A stretch of DNA of 64,000 bases from Amoeboaphelidium protococcarum X5 (GCA_023515725.1 JALDTO010000179.1:330053-394052), one strand, 5' to 3'. Positions 38,606 to 54,307 are shown, numbered from the stretch's first letter. Notes: generated from the letters alone by a model not told the origin. A program made the numbers and translations.

Positions 38606-40222
38606 TCAGTTCAAGCTATGTAGATAAGACTTCAAATCCTGCAATGACCAACGATTATTCTACAGCTGCAGACAATTTTCGACGATTTTATGAATAATGG
38701 TGCTATGTTGAGTAAACTACTCCTTCCACACAATTTCACTGCCATCCAATTCACGATAAGATTCATGGTTAGCCAACTCCTACTTTCTGTTGATAACAAA
38801 TTGCCAATTAAATTTTTAGGTAGTCCATTGAAAAACCATCACACCAATAAGCCACATGTCATATTTTTCAGTAACGCGAGTCTCAGGTGCGCTATCACGC
38901 GCCTATTTCAATTTAAGAGATGTAAATCCAAAGCGTACGGCTAGATCGTAATCAATCAACACTATCTTTTCATCACTTTTCCAACATATGTTCGCGGCGC
39001 GTATATCGCAATGACATTTATTGTGCTTTTAGCTCAAGCGAGACAACTAATCAACCAACTGCAATAAAACGTCCTTCAGTTGAGAAAGTCCAGAGGGAGG
39101 ACGCTTGTGTAGATCGTCGCCTTCGTACCAAGGCATGGATAACAAACTTTCTTCATCCTTCCACCCTTAACACAGCTCGCTATCCCGAAGTAATCCAGAA
39201 TTCATCATAGTAGGATTACCAGTCCAAACACTGTACAGCTTATAAACGCGTTTATTCTTTTAATCAACATAAAGAGGATTGTAGAATGAAGGGCGCGCTA
39301 TTAACTCGGACACATCAACATGAGGCAGCATTTTTTAAACAGAGCCAGGAGGAATCCAACAATATCTGGCACGCGGCTATAAAATATCAGTAGAATGTTC
39401 AACCAGGCTTCTTTAAACTTACATTGCCCACAATACCCAAGATGACAACATGACAGCCATATCACGGCCAAAACAACGGATTGAGCGCTGAACTTCAATG
39501 ATACCAGCATAATTGTATACAGAGTTTAAATCAATGCGTATCATGTACAACGATTTGTGTGATAGAAGAGGCACGTAAAAGTGCCACTAAGGACCAAATA
39601 TCTCAGTGACAACATCTGCAGGCAGCATAGGATAGACTCGCAATATGAAACTTATACCATATAGAGCAGCCTAACGCGCTGGTTTTTCAATTAAAGCGCT
39701 TAAGTCATTTTAGAGCAGAGAGTCTAGTTTGACTTCGGCGATTGGGCCAATAATATCACCACGGCCAATCTTTTACAGCATGATATCACACACGCTATAA
39801 CGTGGACAAAACACCCTAGGCATAAGTGGCTAATTTTAAGCTTCAAATCCTGTGTTTCTAGGAATTTCTTTACCTTTTACCCAAGAGTATCCATCAACTT
39901 TCAACACTTTAAGAATATACTCTAGCAACTTTATCACTTAAGGCTGAGTGTCTGCAATCTCACTCTAATCTTGAAGCGTTGATAAACTGCTCAAGTATGT
40001 TTCAACATCCTACAAGCCATAATCCATAGCTGATCTCTGATTTGGAGGCACTTTTTACAATAGTTCAGCATTGAAATCAGTCTTGTTATCAAAAATAAGT
40101 AACAAATGAGATGCCACCCCACTATCAATTGCACTGCTATGATCAGACGTATGTATCAATGGCGACTCTCGTGCATTACTCAGATCCTCGAGAATATTGC
40201 TCACGAAATGTGTATTAGACAT
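38606..40222 (-). CDS. PD-(D/E)xK-like nuclease fold + protein kinase, copy 2
   Basis: Same frame and length as copy 1 (offset 4130); diverged only in the kinase C-terminal part. Confidence 0.75.
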
Positions 40223-43200
40223 TACTTGCGATGTTTAGAAATGTAAAGTGATAAAGTTAATGAAGGACTGAAGGAGAAATGAAAGACGCTACTTTAATGA
40301 CCAATAAAAATGTACAGCCAATCAGATGTGATGACTAGGCGCAGCGATAAATAAGTCGTGGCGCGGGAATTGTTATAAATCAGGTTGGTGCGTACACAAA
40401 AGCTCAGCATATGCGAATATAAATGTTATACGGTTAACCGTGTTATAAGGTTCCAAGATAGCGAGCGCCTCAGCTCACTCTCTTCTTTCCGTCTCAACTA
40501 ACGAATGAGATGTGGCCGGCTATATAGAACTGCGAGATTGCAGCTTTTAAGTCTGAAACTATCTAATGGGAGTGCAGTTGAGTTTTTGACTTTTTATGCT
40601 TTAATATCGTTAATAGCACGAAGCAAGATGATTCTGACGATGCTAATTGCATGGGACCGAAGAAATAGTTTCTCATGATGAAGGAAATGTGACTTTGTTA
40701 CAATATTGGTCATATATGACAATGGAGTGACTGAAGGATTAAATAGGCCTTAGATGCTTTTAAGGTGTGTTACATGCCTTTTAATTACATTTACATATAT
40801 GTATGAATATATCATATACGCCTTGTAATATATAATACGTATAGGATTTTGATATGAGCTGATCTGGGTGATCCCAAATTGGGGCCTGTACAATATCCTC
40901 TTAGTATATCGAAATTTAAGTCCAGCTGGCTTGTGTATCTTAGCACATTAAACTTTATCAGTATACGTCAACTGGCGTGTCTACAATTTGTATATCCAAA
41001 GTTGCTTCTATTTCCTGCTAAAAAGTTGTAGATGATGACGTTTACTAAAAGTCGTTTGGATTGCCTTCTGCATAAGACTCGGTTTTAGAAGCTGGTTCAT
41101 ATCCCAACGCCAACTACTAAATATAATGGTAACCTGACTTCATTTTGTACGGATTTCAAAAGGCTGTCGTTTAGATATGAGGTTTAGAAAAATGCCACCT
41201 CTGAACTGGATTCTTGGCACACCACTGGGATCCGGCGTTGGCGATCTGAATCAATAAGATGTCCAGCCGGCGTTGCGTCTAAGAGATGAAGCTATGTCCG
41301 GAGTAGATAGTCCGTACAGTAATAGAGGTGGCTAGCAATGGAACAGGGCAATGCTGGATACAGTCTTGGGTAATCTTCCAGACAATGACTCTTCTAGCAC
41401 GCGTAGTTTGTCTCCTGTGGAATAACGTGGGCAGTAGTAGAGATAAAGAAGATAGGCTCGCCCCTAAAGTGAATTCCAACAGGCGAATCCATCTCATTTT
41501 GGTCATGGTGTCGACAATAACTAAACCCAGAGTAGACCTGACAACCAGAACTTGTATCCCAACTCAGATTTTGTGCGCCCTTAACTCTCCCAACATCATC
41601 AAAGCAGGAATGGTAGTGGTGGCGGAGCTGGCATTTCTGCGTCTGGTAGAGGAGCAGCTACTCCAAATCGCAGTCGGCCGCGTAACTCTTAGCAAGAAAG
41701 CTCCCAGTAAAGAAGGTCATAGTCCGCCACTCAGTCTACTACTCTAGAGTCGCCAGGCATTGTGGATTACTCACGATACTACTCGCAGGAGAGAAGAGGT
41801 GAAAGTTGGGAATTGCCAGAAATCCTTGCCGAAAGGGAGCGTCTCCAGAGAATTGAGGAGATAGAAGATTGAATACGCGAAAGAGAAGAGATGGAGCGCG
41901 CTATGGAGGAAGTGGAGGAAGATCCTCTCATTCAGTCAGAAGCGGATAAAAGTCTTCCACACTACTCCTAGATATTTCTTAATTTCTCGTCGCTCCCCTC
42001 GACAAAGCTCTCAACCTCAACAAAGGGCTAAAAATGCCAAAGTGTTAAACTTATGTGCCAAATCCTAGTTGTATCAATGTAAAAGCTAATGAGAAAGATT
42101 TAGTTGCTGAGCATCAGGAGCAGAACTTGATAGTTGAAGTAGAGTCTATGGAAATCGACGATGAAGTATAAGATAACTTGAACGAAAATGATGCATTAAT
42201 TTGAAGATTCAGAAGATTAGAATGATGGTGGCGATGATCAACAAGGCTCTGATGTTGAAGAAGATATGATGAGAAGATTAATCAAATCTTGCTAAGAAAA
42301 GATATTTCCGATGTCCGTTATAAAAATGTTAAATTTCCTCCCGGAATAAGTGGTCTAGGACGTCGTCATAATTTAAGATGACGAAAGTCAAAATTGTGAC
42401 GCGCAAATGCTCTATTATGCTTGCTGAATTTTATATTAGGAGATTGATCGTGAGATGTTGTAGCTTGTCCTGCGCTCGCGCGAGAAATTCACCAGCAGCT
42501 AACTGCTAAAGAGAGTCTCCAGTAATTTAACCAAGACAATAGACAAGAAGATCAGAGATTTGATGGGTATATTCAATGAGCTGTTGGACTCTATCTTCAT
42601 AAATTTGGGCGAAAAGTCTGTATGGTTTGTTACATTTGACAAGAAGCCAGATACTCTGCATCGCAATCTCACCATGTTGTAGTAAATGAGGCTAGTCCAA
42701 TTACTGCATAAGTCTGTGTACATGAGCCAACGCGCATTAGAAGAGATGCAGCTGTGTAGATTGAATGCTCTCAATATTTTGAAAACAAAGTTCGTAATTC
42801 TGCATAATCTCACGTAAATTCTGCGTCTCCCCTCTTCGTCGTCCTTAATCTGATTTAGAGCTTTGCAACAGGTATGGGATGCTAAAGAGGACTAATCGGT
42901 ATCTATATAAAGGCTTTAGCCATACTTTGCTTCGAAATATTATTCGCACCAATATGCGCAAGTTTGATCCGTCCGCTTGTCTTGGCGTAATTTAGCTTAT
43001 TGCAGTATTACGACCAAATGACTAGCATTAAAGATTGGCGAAAGATCAAATTAAGTTCTGATTTGGCATATAAATTTAGTTATACTTTGGGGAGAGACTC
43101 ATACTCGGGAGACAACTGGCGGCAAAGAGTTAGCATAACGACAGCGGTCATTTAATAATGTTGTTAGTACTTTGCGTTATTTTACTCCCCAGACTCCAGT

Positions 43201-43802
43201 AACTTTTGCAATTCAAATGGAAGCTTGTTAGTAATCTCTTGACCAGTAGATTGAATTCTACTCGTCCGAGCAGGTGCTCCAGGTGAAAATTAACAAAGAA
43301 GCTGAAAGGCGATTTTTAATTATCTAAGCAAGCTTATCTGAAAAGTGTTTGTATGCCTGTGTATCACGTTGTGTAATGTGTAATGTGATGAACATAACCC
43401 GATAGTTTAAAGGGCTTAATTAAGGTTAATATATTTATTTGTATGTCTTTTAAGATCATCCTTTCTGAAAAGTGATTAATAATAGCAAATATACATCATT
43501 TGTTACTTACTATATCTCACCTTATCATCGACATATATGAGAGAGGGCTACCGAAGATCTCTCCTAAAAATCGTTATTCAGCTGCTCGGAAGCCTCACAT
43601 TAACCCGTTAAAGCGTAAGACGTTAGCCAGGAATAGCAAAAATTGGGAATTTTATCGCAAATTAGCAGCGTTAGTGGTTTATTGTTTCGTGTGCCACATT
43701 CCTACAATCACGTTGATTTTAAAACAAAGTAGACACGCGAGTCTATTCGCTTTTCCAGTGTGAGCCAACAGTCAAACGAAAACGAGAACTGTACTATATG
43801 AA

Positions 43803-45297
<1,495 letters not shown>

Positions 45298-45378
45298 AAA
45301 ACCCATAGAATGACGCAAACATCATATTACATTCAATTTAGCATTTATATTATAAACTCACAGCGCATCATTTCGAAA

Positions 45379-46090
45379 TCATAAACGTTACCTTTTCGCT
45401 GTTGGTTTTCTAAACGTATCAACATCATCATCTTCTTTTCTACCAACTTTAGCAGAACCTTTACTTTTAAAGAGTTTAGATTTAGCCTTCTCCCTGCGCT
45501 GATCTACGTTCTGCTTTAATGGAGGTTGCCGCCGGCTTTACTACTGACCCATCTTTTGTACACCCTTTGGTTAATCAGAGTCAGTATCGGCTAATTACGC
45601 GGCTTGACTAATTTTAGTCGAGGATTCAATCTTTAGCCCATTTTGAGTAGATAAATCCGCTTATATTGATAAATCATATGCATCTTATTTTTATTGATGA
45701 GCAAAAGTATCAACACTATCCGGTAAGCCAAGAGCTGCGTTCATCAATTATTACTCTTGCAATTTGACGCGCTCACGTTCTATTTCCACTAGCGATTTCT
45801 TGTTATCAGCAGTCAGCAGTGTATCATCATCATCATCCACAGCAACTCTGGCGCCTTCCTCTGGCTTTGTAAACCATAAAATGTCTCCTCGCCGCTCTGC
45901 ATTCTCACTGCGAGCCATTATAGATGCACCTAGATAATTTGATTTATGCTTATCAGTTTTTACATCTTCCCACTTGAATAATCCGCTGCCACCTCTATTT
46001 CCCGGTCTACAGATAACGAATATAGTACAATCAACCCACTATTTAATAATTAATATGAAGCATGAATGCTTACCTTATTCTATCTTTCAT
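45379..46090 (-). CDS. MMTAG2/C1orf35-like protein; intron 46007-46073
   Basis: 'RGGSGLFKWEDVKTDKHKSNYLGASIMA...DILWFTK'. Confidence 0.75.
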
Positions 46091-46349
46091 TTGATGATAT
46101 AATTAGGTCGATGATTGCCGTTACTCAATCTCGTTAAGTAGCTTTACCTGAACGCGGAAAAGGCTTTACTATAAAGACGTCTTGCGGCGAGTCATCACTG
46201 GAAGAGTCCTTGTAAACGGCAAACTACTCTATGAAGAGTGAAATACAAAAACTTACTTTATACGATTTAAGATTATTATTTATTATTTATTTAAATCTCA
46301 TTAAAATTGAATCTATTGAAAGTAACCCGCTTCCGGCACTTCATTATAC

Positions 46350-47996
46350 TCAAGGATTCAGAAGGCCAACTAGAGCCTCACAACACTCTAAAAAAGCATC
46401 TCCTACTTTAGACCAATTGATTTTACGTTTGCATGAATCGGGGTTACAGTTTCCAAAACGCGCCAAGGCTTCCCTCTCAAGAAATTCCTCCGTAGTGAGA
46501 GGCTTTTACTCAAGCATGAGGTTCTACAACTATGTCATATGCAGCTCATTATACGGCAGAGCATACTGAGGATTGTCAGTCCTTGCATGCAGAGGACGAT
46601 TTCTCAAAATTCCCCAACTCTCGTCATAGTCGTGAGTATTGTCTCTAGAGTAGTAATGAGAGGTGAGGACCCAGTACGCCCAGCTAACATCATTCTTCAC
46701 AATCCAGTCACTGACACACTTTAACCACATTGTATCGACATTGTGAGCATTAGGATCATACTTGCGCACATCCATACCAAATTCAGACAGCCACAGCGGA
46801 TGGCCAAGTTTACCTTTGACGAAGCCGACGCGTTAATCCAAAAACTTTTACGCGTGATTACACCCAACTCTGTATCCCAGCTTGAAGAACGGCCAGCTGT
46901 AGATGAGATTATAGAAATGAGCCTCGAAAATCAACTTTGTATTCATAAAAGAATCCATGCCTGCTGAGACGAAATGCTCCTTCTTTAACTGACGTAAATC
47001 TCCGCCCATAGTCTTTCCAGATACGATGATCAACAAGTTCGGATTAGCCTTGTACACAGTAGAAGCACCAGCTCTCATGTGCTTAAACCACTCCTTATTG
47101 TCGCTCTTCAACTTCAAAGACATTGGCTCATTACGCAAACCAATACCTACTACATTGGGCCAATTCTTGGCTAGTGTCGCAACGGTATGCAGATTCTACA
47201 ACCAAGTGGAAGACTATAATCCTCTCTGCTCGAACCATCTCTGCCCGTCCATAAGTCCACAACACCACTGAGCTTCCGCAGCGTGATTATCCATAATCAC
47301 AAATATTCCAAATTTCCCCAGCTCATACAATGCAATGTTCAAGACATCTCCCACCGTGACCGTGTTAATATCCAACGTTGGATTGTTCTTCACAAAACCA
47401 TCCAGGCTGGTACTCGACATGGCCGCCTTACGCGATCTTCCTCCGAATACTCTCTTCATATACGCAGCAAATCCACGACCTGGTTATCTCTTTTAATGAA
47501 ATGCTTACACCAGGGTCCAATCCAATTTGTCGATCATTTCCATAGAGTAGGTATAGCGCACGCAGTTGAATCCCAGATTATAAATGGACGCCGCCAGCTC
47601 CATGACGCTATAATGCGCCAGACCTTCTGGAATCAAAGCCTCCATATGACTGGCCCAATTGACACATGCCATCTTGACAGTTTTCTTGTTCGCATCTTTA
47701 ATGAGATATCTATTGGTGGAGAACGGTGCCTGCAGGACAAACTCGTTATTAGGCATCTAGCCAGGCAGTACCAGTCTCTTCAACTAACGATTCTAAATAT
47801 CTGGCTCCTCAAAACTGCGCATCTACAAGAATCTCTGATAAGACGTAGGCTTGGTGCTATCGATCTCCTGTAGCGCGTATTCACCCGGAGCTCTATAATC
47901 AGTCAGCACCTGAAAGTCCTTTCTCAGACTGTCAAAGGTATTACTAGCGGCAACTAATGCAGCCAGCCAAATAATCGCAGTAATTGCAGATTTCAT
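46350..47996 (-). CDS. Secreted glycoside hydrolase family 5
   Basis: Signal peptide; 'CVNWASHMEALIPEGL', 'GFNCVRYTY', 'MDNH..QWCC', acid/base 'LRNEP', 'FEAHFY', nucleophile 'PLWLSEFG', 'WAYW'. Confidence 0.9.
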
Positions 47997-48226
47997 TTTC
48001 AATTTTATTACGCGTTACTTTCAGAAATGATCTTGTAAAGTGAAGTGGTCGAAGGATTGCTGATGAGGAGCCCCCTATTTAAGGGGTTGCGTGGCGAACG
48101 CGGTGTAGCCTTTTCACATTTAGCGACATGCATTTGTACTATTGTATGATGGCTCTCAATTCATGGTTGTAAAAAGATTTTTAATACTGTACTAGAGTAT
48201 AAAATTTATGGAAATGTTCAATAATT

Positions 48227-50188
48227 TCAATTCTAAGTCTCATTTTCAAGGCCATCGAATTCATCGCCTTGATCCGCTTCATCCTCATCCTCATCATCCA
48301 AGCCGGCCAACTGAACGCCTTCAGGCAATCTGTAAATGCGAACCTTGGCAGCATTAGGATCTCTCCATATGATAAATCTTCCATCTTACATAGCATCGCG
48401 CTCAATAACTTCATCAGACTCCTCCTCATTCTCGTCCTGATCTACATCGTCAGTGCGCACGCCCAAAAAGACATCCACCAGCTACTTGACAATACCCCAA
48501 CAGTTGCTGATATCCATGTTCACCTACTTGGCCAAATCTTCGCACTTTACAGACTAAGTGCCTAGCAGGACGTACTGATTACTCACGCTATCACTTTGGC
48601 TATTCATCAGACCTCTGGCACCATTGACGCGACTAAACAGACCAATCTTGATAAAATCCACACCTCCCAAGAAGGCTTCACACAACCATCTGGCCCAGAC
48701 GAAAGAATTAGATTTCATTTCACTGGCCAAAATTGCACCCTTCTAATTCTTCTACAACTTCGTCTACCAAGTGGTATAGTTGGCGATAGGATTGTTGGAT
48801 TTCGGATCAATAGGAAAGTGTTCAGTAAGAGCCCTGATATGAACCTGCGACTCTGACTCGACTCCCTCATTCGAGGTGACCAGATAAGAATCTGCATCAG
48901 TTCTGGCAACAAGAGTCAAATTGGTAGACGCTCCTTTGGCAGGCTGCATCTTCCATGCGCGGTAAGAAAATGCACGACTTAATGTCTTCTTCGCATCCTT
49001 ACTATCACTGTCCGCAGACATACTCAACACCTTACCATCATCCAGCAGTGGCACTTGACTAAACACCTCAGAGACCAGGGTAGCCTACTTTGCCAAATTT
49101 AAAGGACTCCAAGGATGTTCCTTATTACCGGCAATATCGTGAGGTGCATAATCAATGTGAGGCGATGCAGCACCGGGATTATTGTACAACGCTGGGTGTG
49201 GAGGTGCAGTCTCGTGTACAAATTGATAGTCCAGGGTAGAGCCGTCTCTCTTGTCTAGATACAAAAATCTCTTCACCACTTCTACACCATCCTTATTCTT
49301 CCCCGACACCGTCTTCTTGGTGACCACTATATCCCAACTCAGAGCAGAACGAGGTAACGCCATTATAGCTGCAAGTACAGACGAGCTAACAAACACAACA
49401 TCACTGCTCTCCACATCCTCAGATAGATCTTCACTGATGTACTTGTTCTTCTCTTGAACTTTCAACAAAATAGGATCCTTCAAAGCAGTGGAGCGATCAA
49501 TCTGAGAAATTTCATCATTCAATTACAATTCCAGCTTCTTCTCCACCAACATCTTCTTCTACTTTGCAGTGACTCTGTCCCAGGCGCGATCATAAGGCTT
49601 CAATTGACCGACTTTGTACAGATCCCTGTCGAAATCTGGACCGCCACTGAGTACAGTTTTCGCAGCTCTTGCAGCCAGACTGAGAGGCTTAGATGGCCCA
49701 GCGTCATACGTCATCTTGTTGAATTAGAACATCTAATACTCTTGAACCAATTTCCAATCTGCACCAATCGTAATCGAAGACTCCTTCTTTCTCTACTTCA
49801 ACTGCAGCTCATCCACTTTACGTCTAGAATCATACGGACGACGACCACCACCAAAAGTGTTATTATTATTTCTTTTAAACGATGACTGCTGGGACTACTG
49901 GGAAGATTTGTTACCAGCCGTATTTTATCCAGTTGCTACACCCCAACCTGGAGCAGAGGCAGACTTGACATTAGATTGCGCATTACCAGTTCTACTAACA
50001 ACGTTATAAGCCAAACCATCATCAGCATCATCTCTGGATTAAGCATTCGCGTCATCTGCAGAGTACCAATCGGCAATCTTATTCAGCACAGCACCCTTAT
50101 GGTACGGCTTCCACATACTCTCAGGCACATTATCGGGAGGACCAATTCTAGTATGAGAAAGCAACGTGGGAGGCAATTCAAATACCAT
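48227..50188 (-). CDS. EIF3D: Translation initiation factor eIF3 subunit D
   Basis: 'PYHKGAVLNKIADW', 'VLAAIMALPRSALSWDIVVTK', 'LYLDKRDGS', C-terminal 'LMRDPNAAKVRIYRLP' then acidic tail. Confidence 0.85.
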
Positions 50189-50916
50189 TTTTAAATGAAT
50201 TGATAGAGTCAATTTGATATATTAATCGCGTTTCAATTATAACAGAGAACGGATGTAAAGAACAGAACGAAATAAAAGAGAACGCGTCGAGCCTCAGAAT
50301 GAAAATCGAAAATTGCTTCGGTTAAAACTTTCTCGCGTTTCATCTTCAACGATTCTCTGGTACGAGCGTAGATCTACCACTCCTAACTGTAATTTTTAGT
50401 TTCAGGTGGTCACTGTGAACATTTCTCTTTTTTAAAGCTAAATGGCCTCTGTATCTCTGTTCTAAAAATATTTACGTCATAAAAATTATTGCAAGTTAAT
50501 CAGCCATCCTCAGGTCAGCTTGAGTATGCCATACACTATTTGCGTTAATGTGTTTAAAAACTCTCTCTCTCTACAGATCAACACATTCCATTTAACAAGA
50601 TGCTATTAAAATATATCACAGTGCCTCTCATTTAAAATTAATATCACAGTATATTGTGTTGTACTATACTACCAGTGTCTTCCCATCAGGAACTTAATTA
50701 ATGTCTGTAAAATAAAATGTAAAGGATTCCCATTCTGAAAGGGAAATGAAACGAATCTCTCTGCACTCTGCAGATCGATCGTGGCCGTTTCGCGTTTCCG
50801 TTTCCGATAGAATTCTCAATCTTTGTTCGTACGAAAGTGAGAGAGTCGAACACTGCAATTGGTTGTTGTTGTATCACACGTGGCTATACTCTTCTTATTT
50901 CAACATTACTATTCTA

Positions 50917-52084
50917 ATGAAACACTCAGATTAGCAAAAGTCACAGTAGAAGCCTCTTCCGTTCAAGTATCAATTGTTGGCTGGCGGAGTTGCTGGTGAG
51001 AGCCATTATATTTGTTGTTGATAATCAAAATCAAGTTTTACAGTTGCAAATGTGTGTAGGCATCACTGAGATTTTGTTATTGTATCCTCTGGATGTGATC
51101 AAGACGCGTTTGCAGTTGAGTACAAAGTCTGTGGTTGCATAGTAAGGAACTACAGTAGGAACTAAGCCAAGCATGGTTGGCATGTTGAGCAACATTGTGA
51201 AGCGAGAGGGGTTCGCATCGCTGTACCGTGGAATTATACCTCCCATTCTATTGGAAGCACCTAAGCGTGCACTCAAGTTCTCCACAAATGACTAATACAC
51301 ACATTGGTTGAAGGAGAATGTTCCATACTTTAAGCATCATCCGACTGTCGATTTGAACACTGTTGCAAGTTCACGCGATTAATCACATAAGTAGTCTGGT
51401 AATAGAAACGCCAAGATTCTTCTAGGATTTTGCACGGGTATAATGGCTGGTTGTACAGAGGCATTCATTGTGGTGCCATTCGAATTAATCAAGATCAACC
51501 TGCAAGATCCCGCAAAGAAGGCTCAGTTCAGCGGAACTCTTGATTGTGTACGACAGATTTACCAAGGTAATGCAAACTCTGGTGGTCTCATTTCAGGTGT
51601 TGCAGGATTCTGGCGAGGATTGGAGTCGACTTTATGGCGGCATGCAGTGTGGAGTGGAACGTATTTCGGCGTCATTGGATACATCAAGTAGACGGATACT
51701 GTAGTGAAACTGAAGTAGGAGCAAGCGGTGAAGGGTAGTTCGTATGATACCATGATTGATTTTACGATTGGTGTCATTTCAGGAACATGTGCCACCCTGT
51801 TAAATACTCCATATGATGTGGTGAAGACGAGAATTTAAAACAGCAGTAGTGGAGCGTCAAGCCAATGGAGTCACCCTTTGATGTTTAACATTGCGCGAAA
51901 TGAAGGCCCTGCTGCACTATGGAAAGGTTTCGTTCCCAAAGTTGTGCGACTTGGCCCAGGTAGGAATTCTCTTATACATATTATTTATCTTTAACTATGA
52001 TTGAATTGTTAATGTGTAGGTGGAGGTGTTATGTTGGTTGTCTACACTGCAATCTGTGACTTTATTAGGAGAGAGTGGATGTGA
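50917..52084 (+). CDS. ODC1: Mitochondrial 2-oxodicarboxylate carrier; introns 50996-51059 and 51960-52019
   Basis: 'YPLDVIKTRLQ', 'LYRGIIPPILLEAPKRALKF', 'VPFELIKINLQ', 'TPYDVVKTRIQ', 'PKVVRLGPGGGVMLVVY'. Confidence 0.88.
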
Positions 52085-52202
52085 TTTGACAGCTCTCTCT
52101 CTCTCTCTCAATCTTCCAACTGAAAGACACTTGTAAACACATGTAAAAGATTTGAAAGCAAAAAAAAAATTTAAATATGACTAAAGGGAGTAGAATAATT
52201 CA

Positions 52203-53081
52203 TCAAGATGCTTCAATAGAAAGAACCTTTTGCTTTCCCACGGGAATGTGTTAAAGTTGCATATCAACCATCTGATCAAAGACGCGCATCAGCAACTTTG
52301 CATGATTTTACAACTCTGCAGACAATTTAGATGAAGAAGAAGCAATGCAAGTGTTGAATTCGTATAAACAACAAGCAACAGCTTCCAGTGTAGACATTCC
52401 ATTGTCAATTTCTTTCCTTATAAGACTATATCTAGACGGCTGATTACAATATTGATCTCGAATTTATTACAGCATGTTAACATCCAATACTATCGATGGT
52501 AGATTGGCGAGTGGCCCAGAGCGCAGTCTAATTGCAGATGGCCACGTCGCGTCAATGAATATAAACACATAATGGCACATTTCAGTACTATTTCTATCAC
52601 TACCTCCTATATCACCATTTAATAGTTATTAAGAGATAAATTAATCCATAGAAATTGCATTTTTAGATGGAAATATCAGGACTGGCTAAATTCGCTATTG
52701 ACTACCAACCGTATCACGCAAATCACTCAAAACCGAGTCAAATGATACTGTAGATTTCGAATATTATACACCACTCTTTGGACTCTCTATAATCTTTTTA
52801 CATTAGTAAATACGCGCATATCCCAGCACTTCCGGTATCAGATGTCCGGTAGACTTTTTATGACCACACTCATTACTATGCTAGAAAACGATGACTGAAC
52901 AACGGGGAGATTGAATATCATCTAAAGTATCACTGCTGAATTAAACGGGCTCATCAGGCAGGTGACTGCATAAACACATTGACTACGATCGAAGACATCT
53001 GCTACACTCCTTCCTTTATTCTGAGATGGGCGCGAATTCAGACACGTCAAAATCAAAAATATCTTCCTGATATACAGTCAT
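52203..53081 (-). CDS. DTW-domain tRNA-uridine aminocarboxypropyltransferase (DTWD2/TapT-like)
   Basis: 'CSRCLRSQSMCLC', 'VFQHSNE..KKSTG', 'FIDATWPSA', 'IRKE..GMSTLEAVA'; frame absent from the ORF track. Confidence 0.8.
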
Positions 53082-53263
53082 TTTCAAATCGCGTGTATTT
53101 CTTTGGTACAAAATCGAATCTATCAGTTGCTTGCTTGATTGATCTTTTAGTCTCTCGCTGATAGGATTTTAGTTTTTTAGATCAAACCATTGCACGTCAA
53201 TTATTACGATTTTTTGCAACAGAAGTAAAATAATCCGAATTTATTATTCAAAGACATATTCAG

Positions 53264-54307
53264 ATGTAAAAAGTTCCTCCAATCTTGGTGAAAAGGCTGA
53301 GCGGTCTGTAGAGATTCGCTCCTGTGTATGAGTTGCAACACCGACTACAACATAATCTTGGTTTAGATCTTATCGCTGGTGTAAATAGTGATAGATAACA
53401 ACGAAATCAATTTAGTAAGGATACAATACTAGCTAATTCATTGTAATAATCATATAAGCATGCTGGTAAAGAAGTTATACTGATGACGGAACATTTGCCA
53501 ACGTTTACGGCCGGTAGACGGTTGGCGAATAATCAAGATTCGTAAGCCTTGGAGTGGACGCGATAGTTTTATGCCGAACATGGTGCAGATTATGTCACTA
53601 CTAATAGAGGCGGTAAACTGACCTTCCATGGACCTGGTTAGCTGGTGGTTTATCCGATATTGAACTTATCCAACCTGCGTGATGGTACGTGTCAGCCAGG
53701 TACTAAACGGCCACCTACTGGTAACGTGAGATGCTATGTGTATGACTTGGAGAGTGTTGTTATGCGAGCATGTTAAGATGGGTATGGCATATAAAGTAGA
53801 CGCGCTGAAGATCTGATGTCTTAGTAGTAATCATCATCGTAATCAGAATCGATCAACTAAGAACCAAGCCATGATAGATCTGCATTAACAGGTGTTTGGA
53901 TATAAAAGTAGAATAATCATTTATAATCTAATAATTATGGTTCATCCATGTGGAAATGTGACAAGATTGCGGCACTTGGGATCAACGTGTCGCCGCGGAC
54001 TCGACGAACATCTCATGGGTTCTCACTTAACTGTAATATGGATATAGATCGCTGGTATTCCCTATTTGATCCTTGTGGATTCAAGTATAAGAAGAGTGGC
54101 GATGGTTCTAGCGATGGTAGCAACTATGGCATTACATCTATATCTGCCGAGATTGGGCGAAATGTTCCAGTGTCGAGTGAACTGATGGACATTGTCACCC
54201 GCTCCTTCTCTTCAGTATTTAATCGACAGCTTGTGGACGCGCAAGAAGCTGATCCTGATTTAAGTGCAGACATTGACAAGTTTCTGCAAACTTATTAGAC
54301 TGCTTGA
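53264..54307 (+). CDS. LIP2: Octanoyltransferase LipB/Lip2
   Basis: 'EHLPTFTAGRR', 'RGGKLTFHGPG(TAG=Q)LVVYPILNL', 'TGVW', 'KIAALGI..TSHGFSLNC', 'PCG'. Confidence 0.9.

Larger units (their letters stand above)
34187..43131. repeat. Tandem segmental duplication: unit 1 ~34187-38311, unit 2 ~38312-43131 (with ~0.9 kb extra sequence at ~41208-42085)
   Basis: Both units start 'gttgaaaagcga.aagcttcaatttt..caccgaacgatcatcc' and end 'tggcggcaaagagtt'; constant offset of 4130 nt across the kinase gene. Confidence 0.9.

Noticed and set aside
38591-38617. Local duplication of atcagttcaagct at the kinase copy 2 stop
   Set aside because: Small slippage duplication in the 3' flank with no evidence of being a target-site duplication
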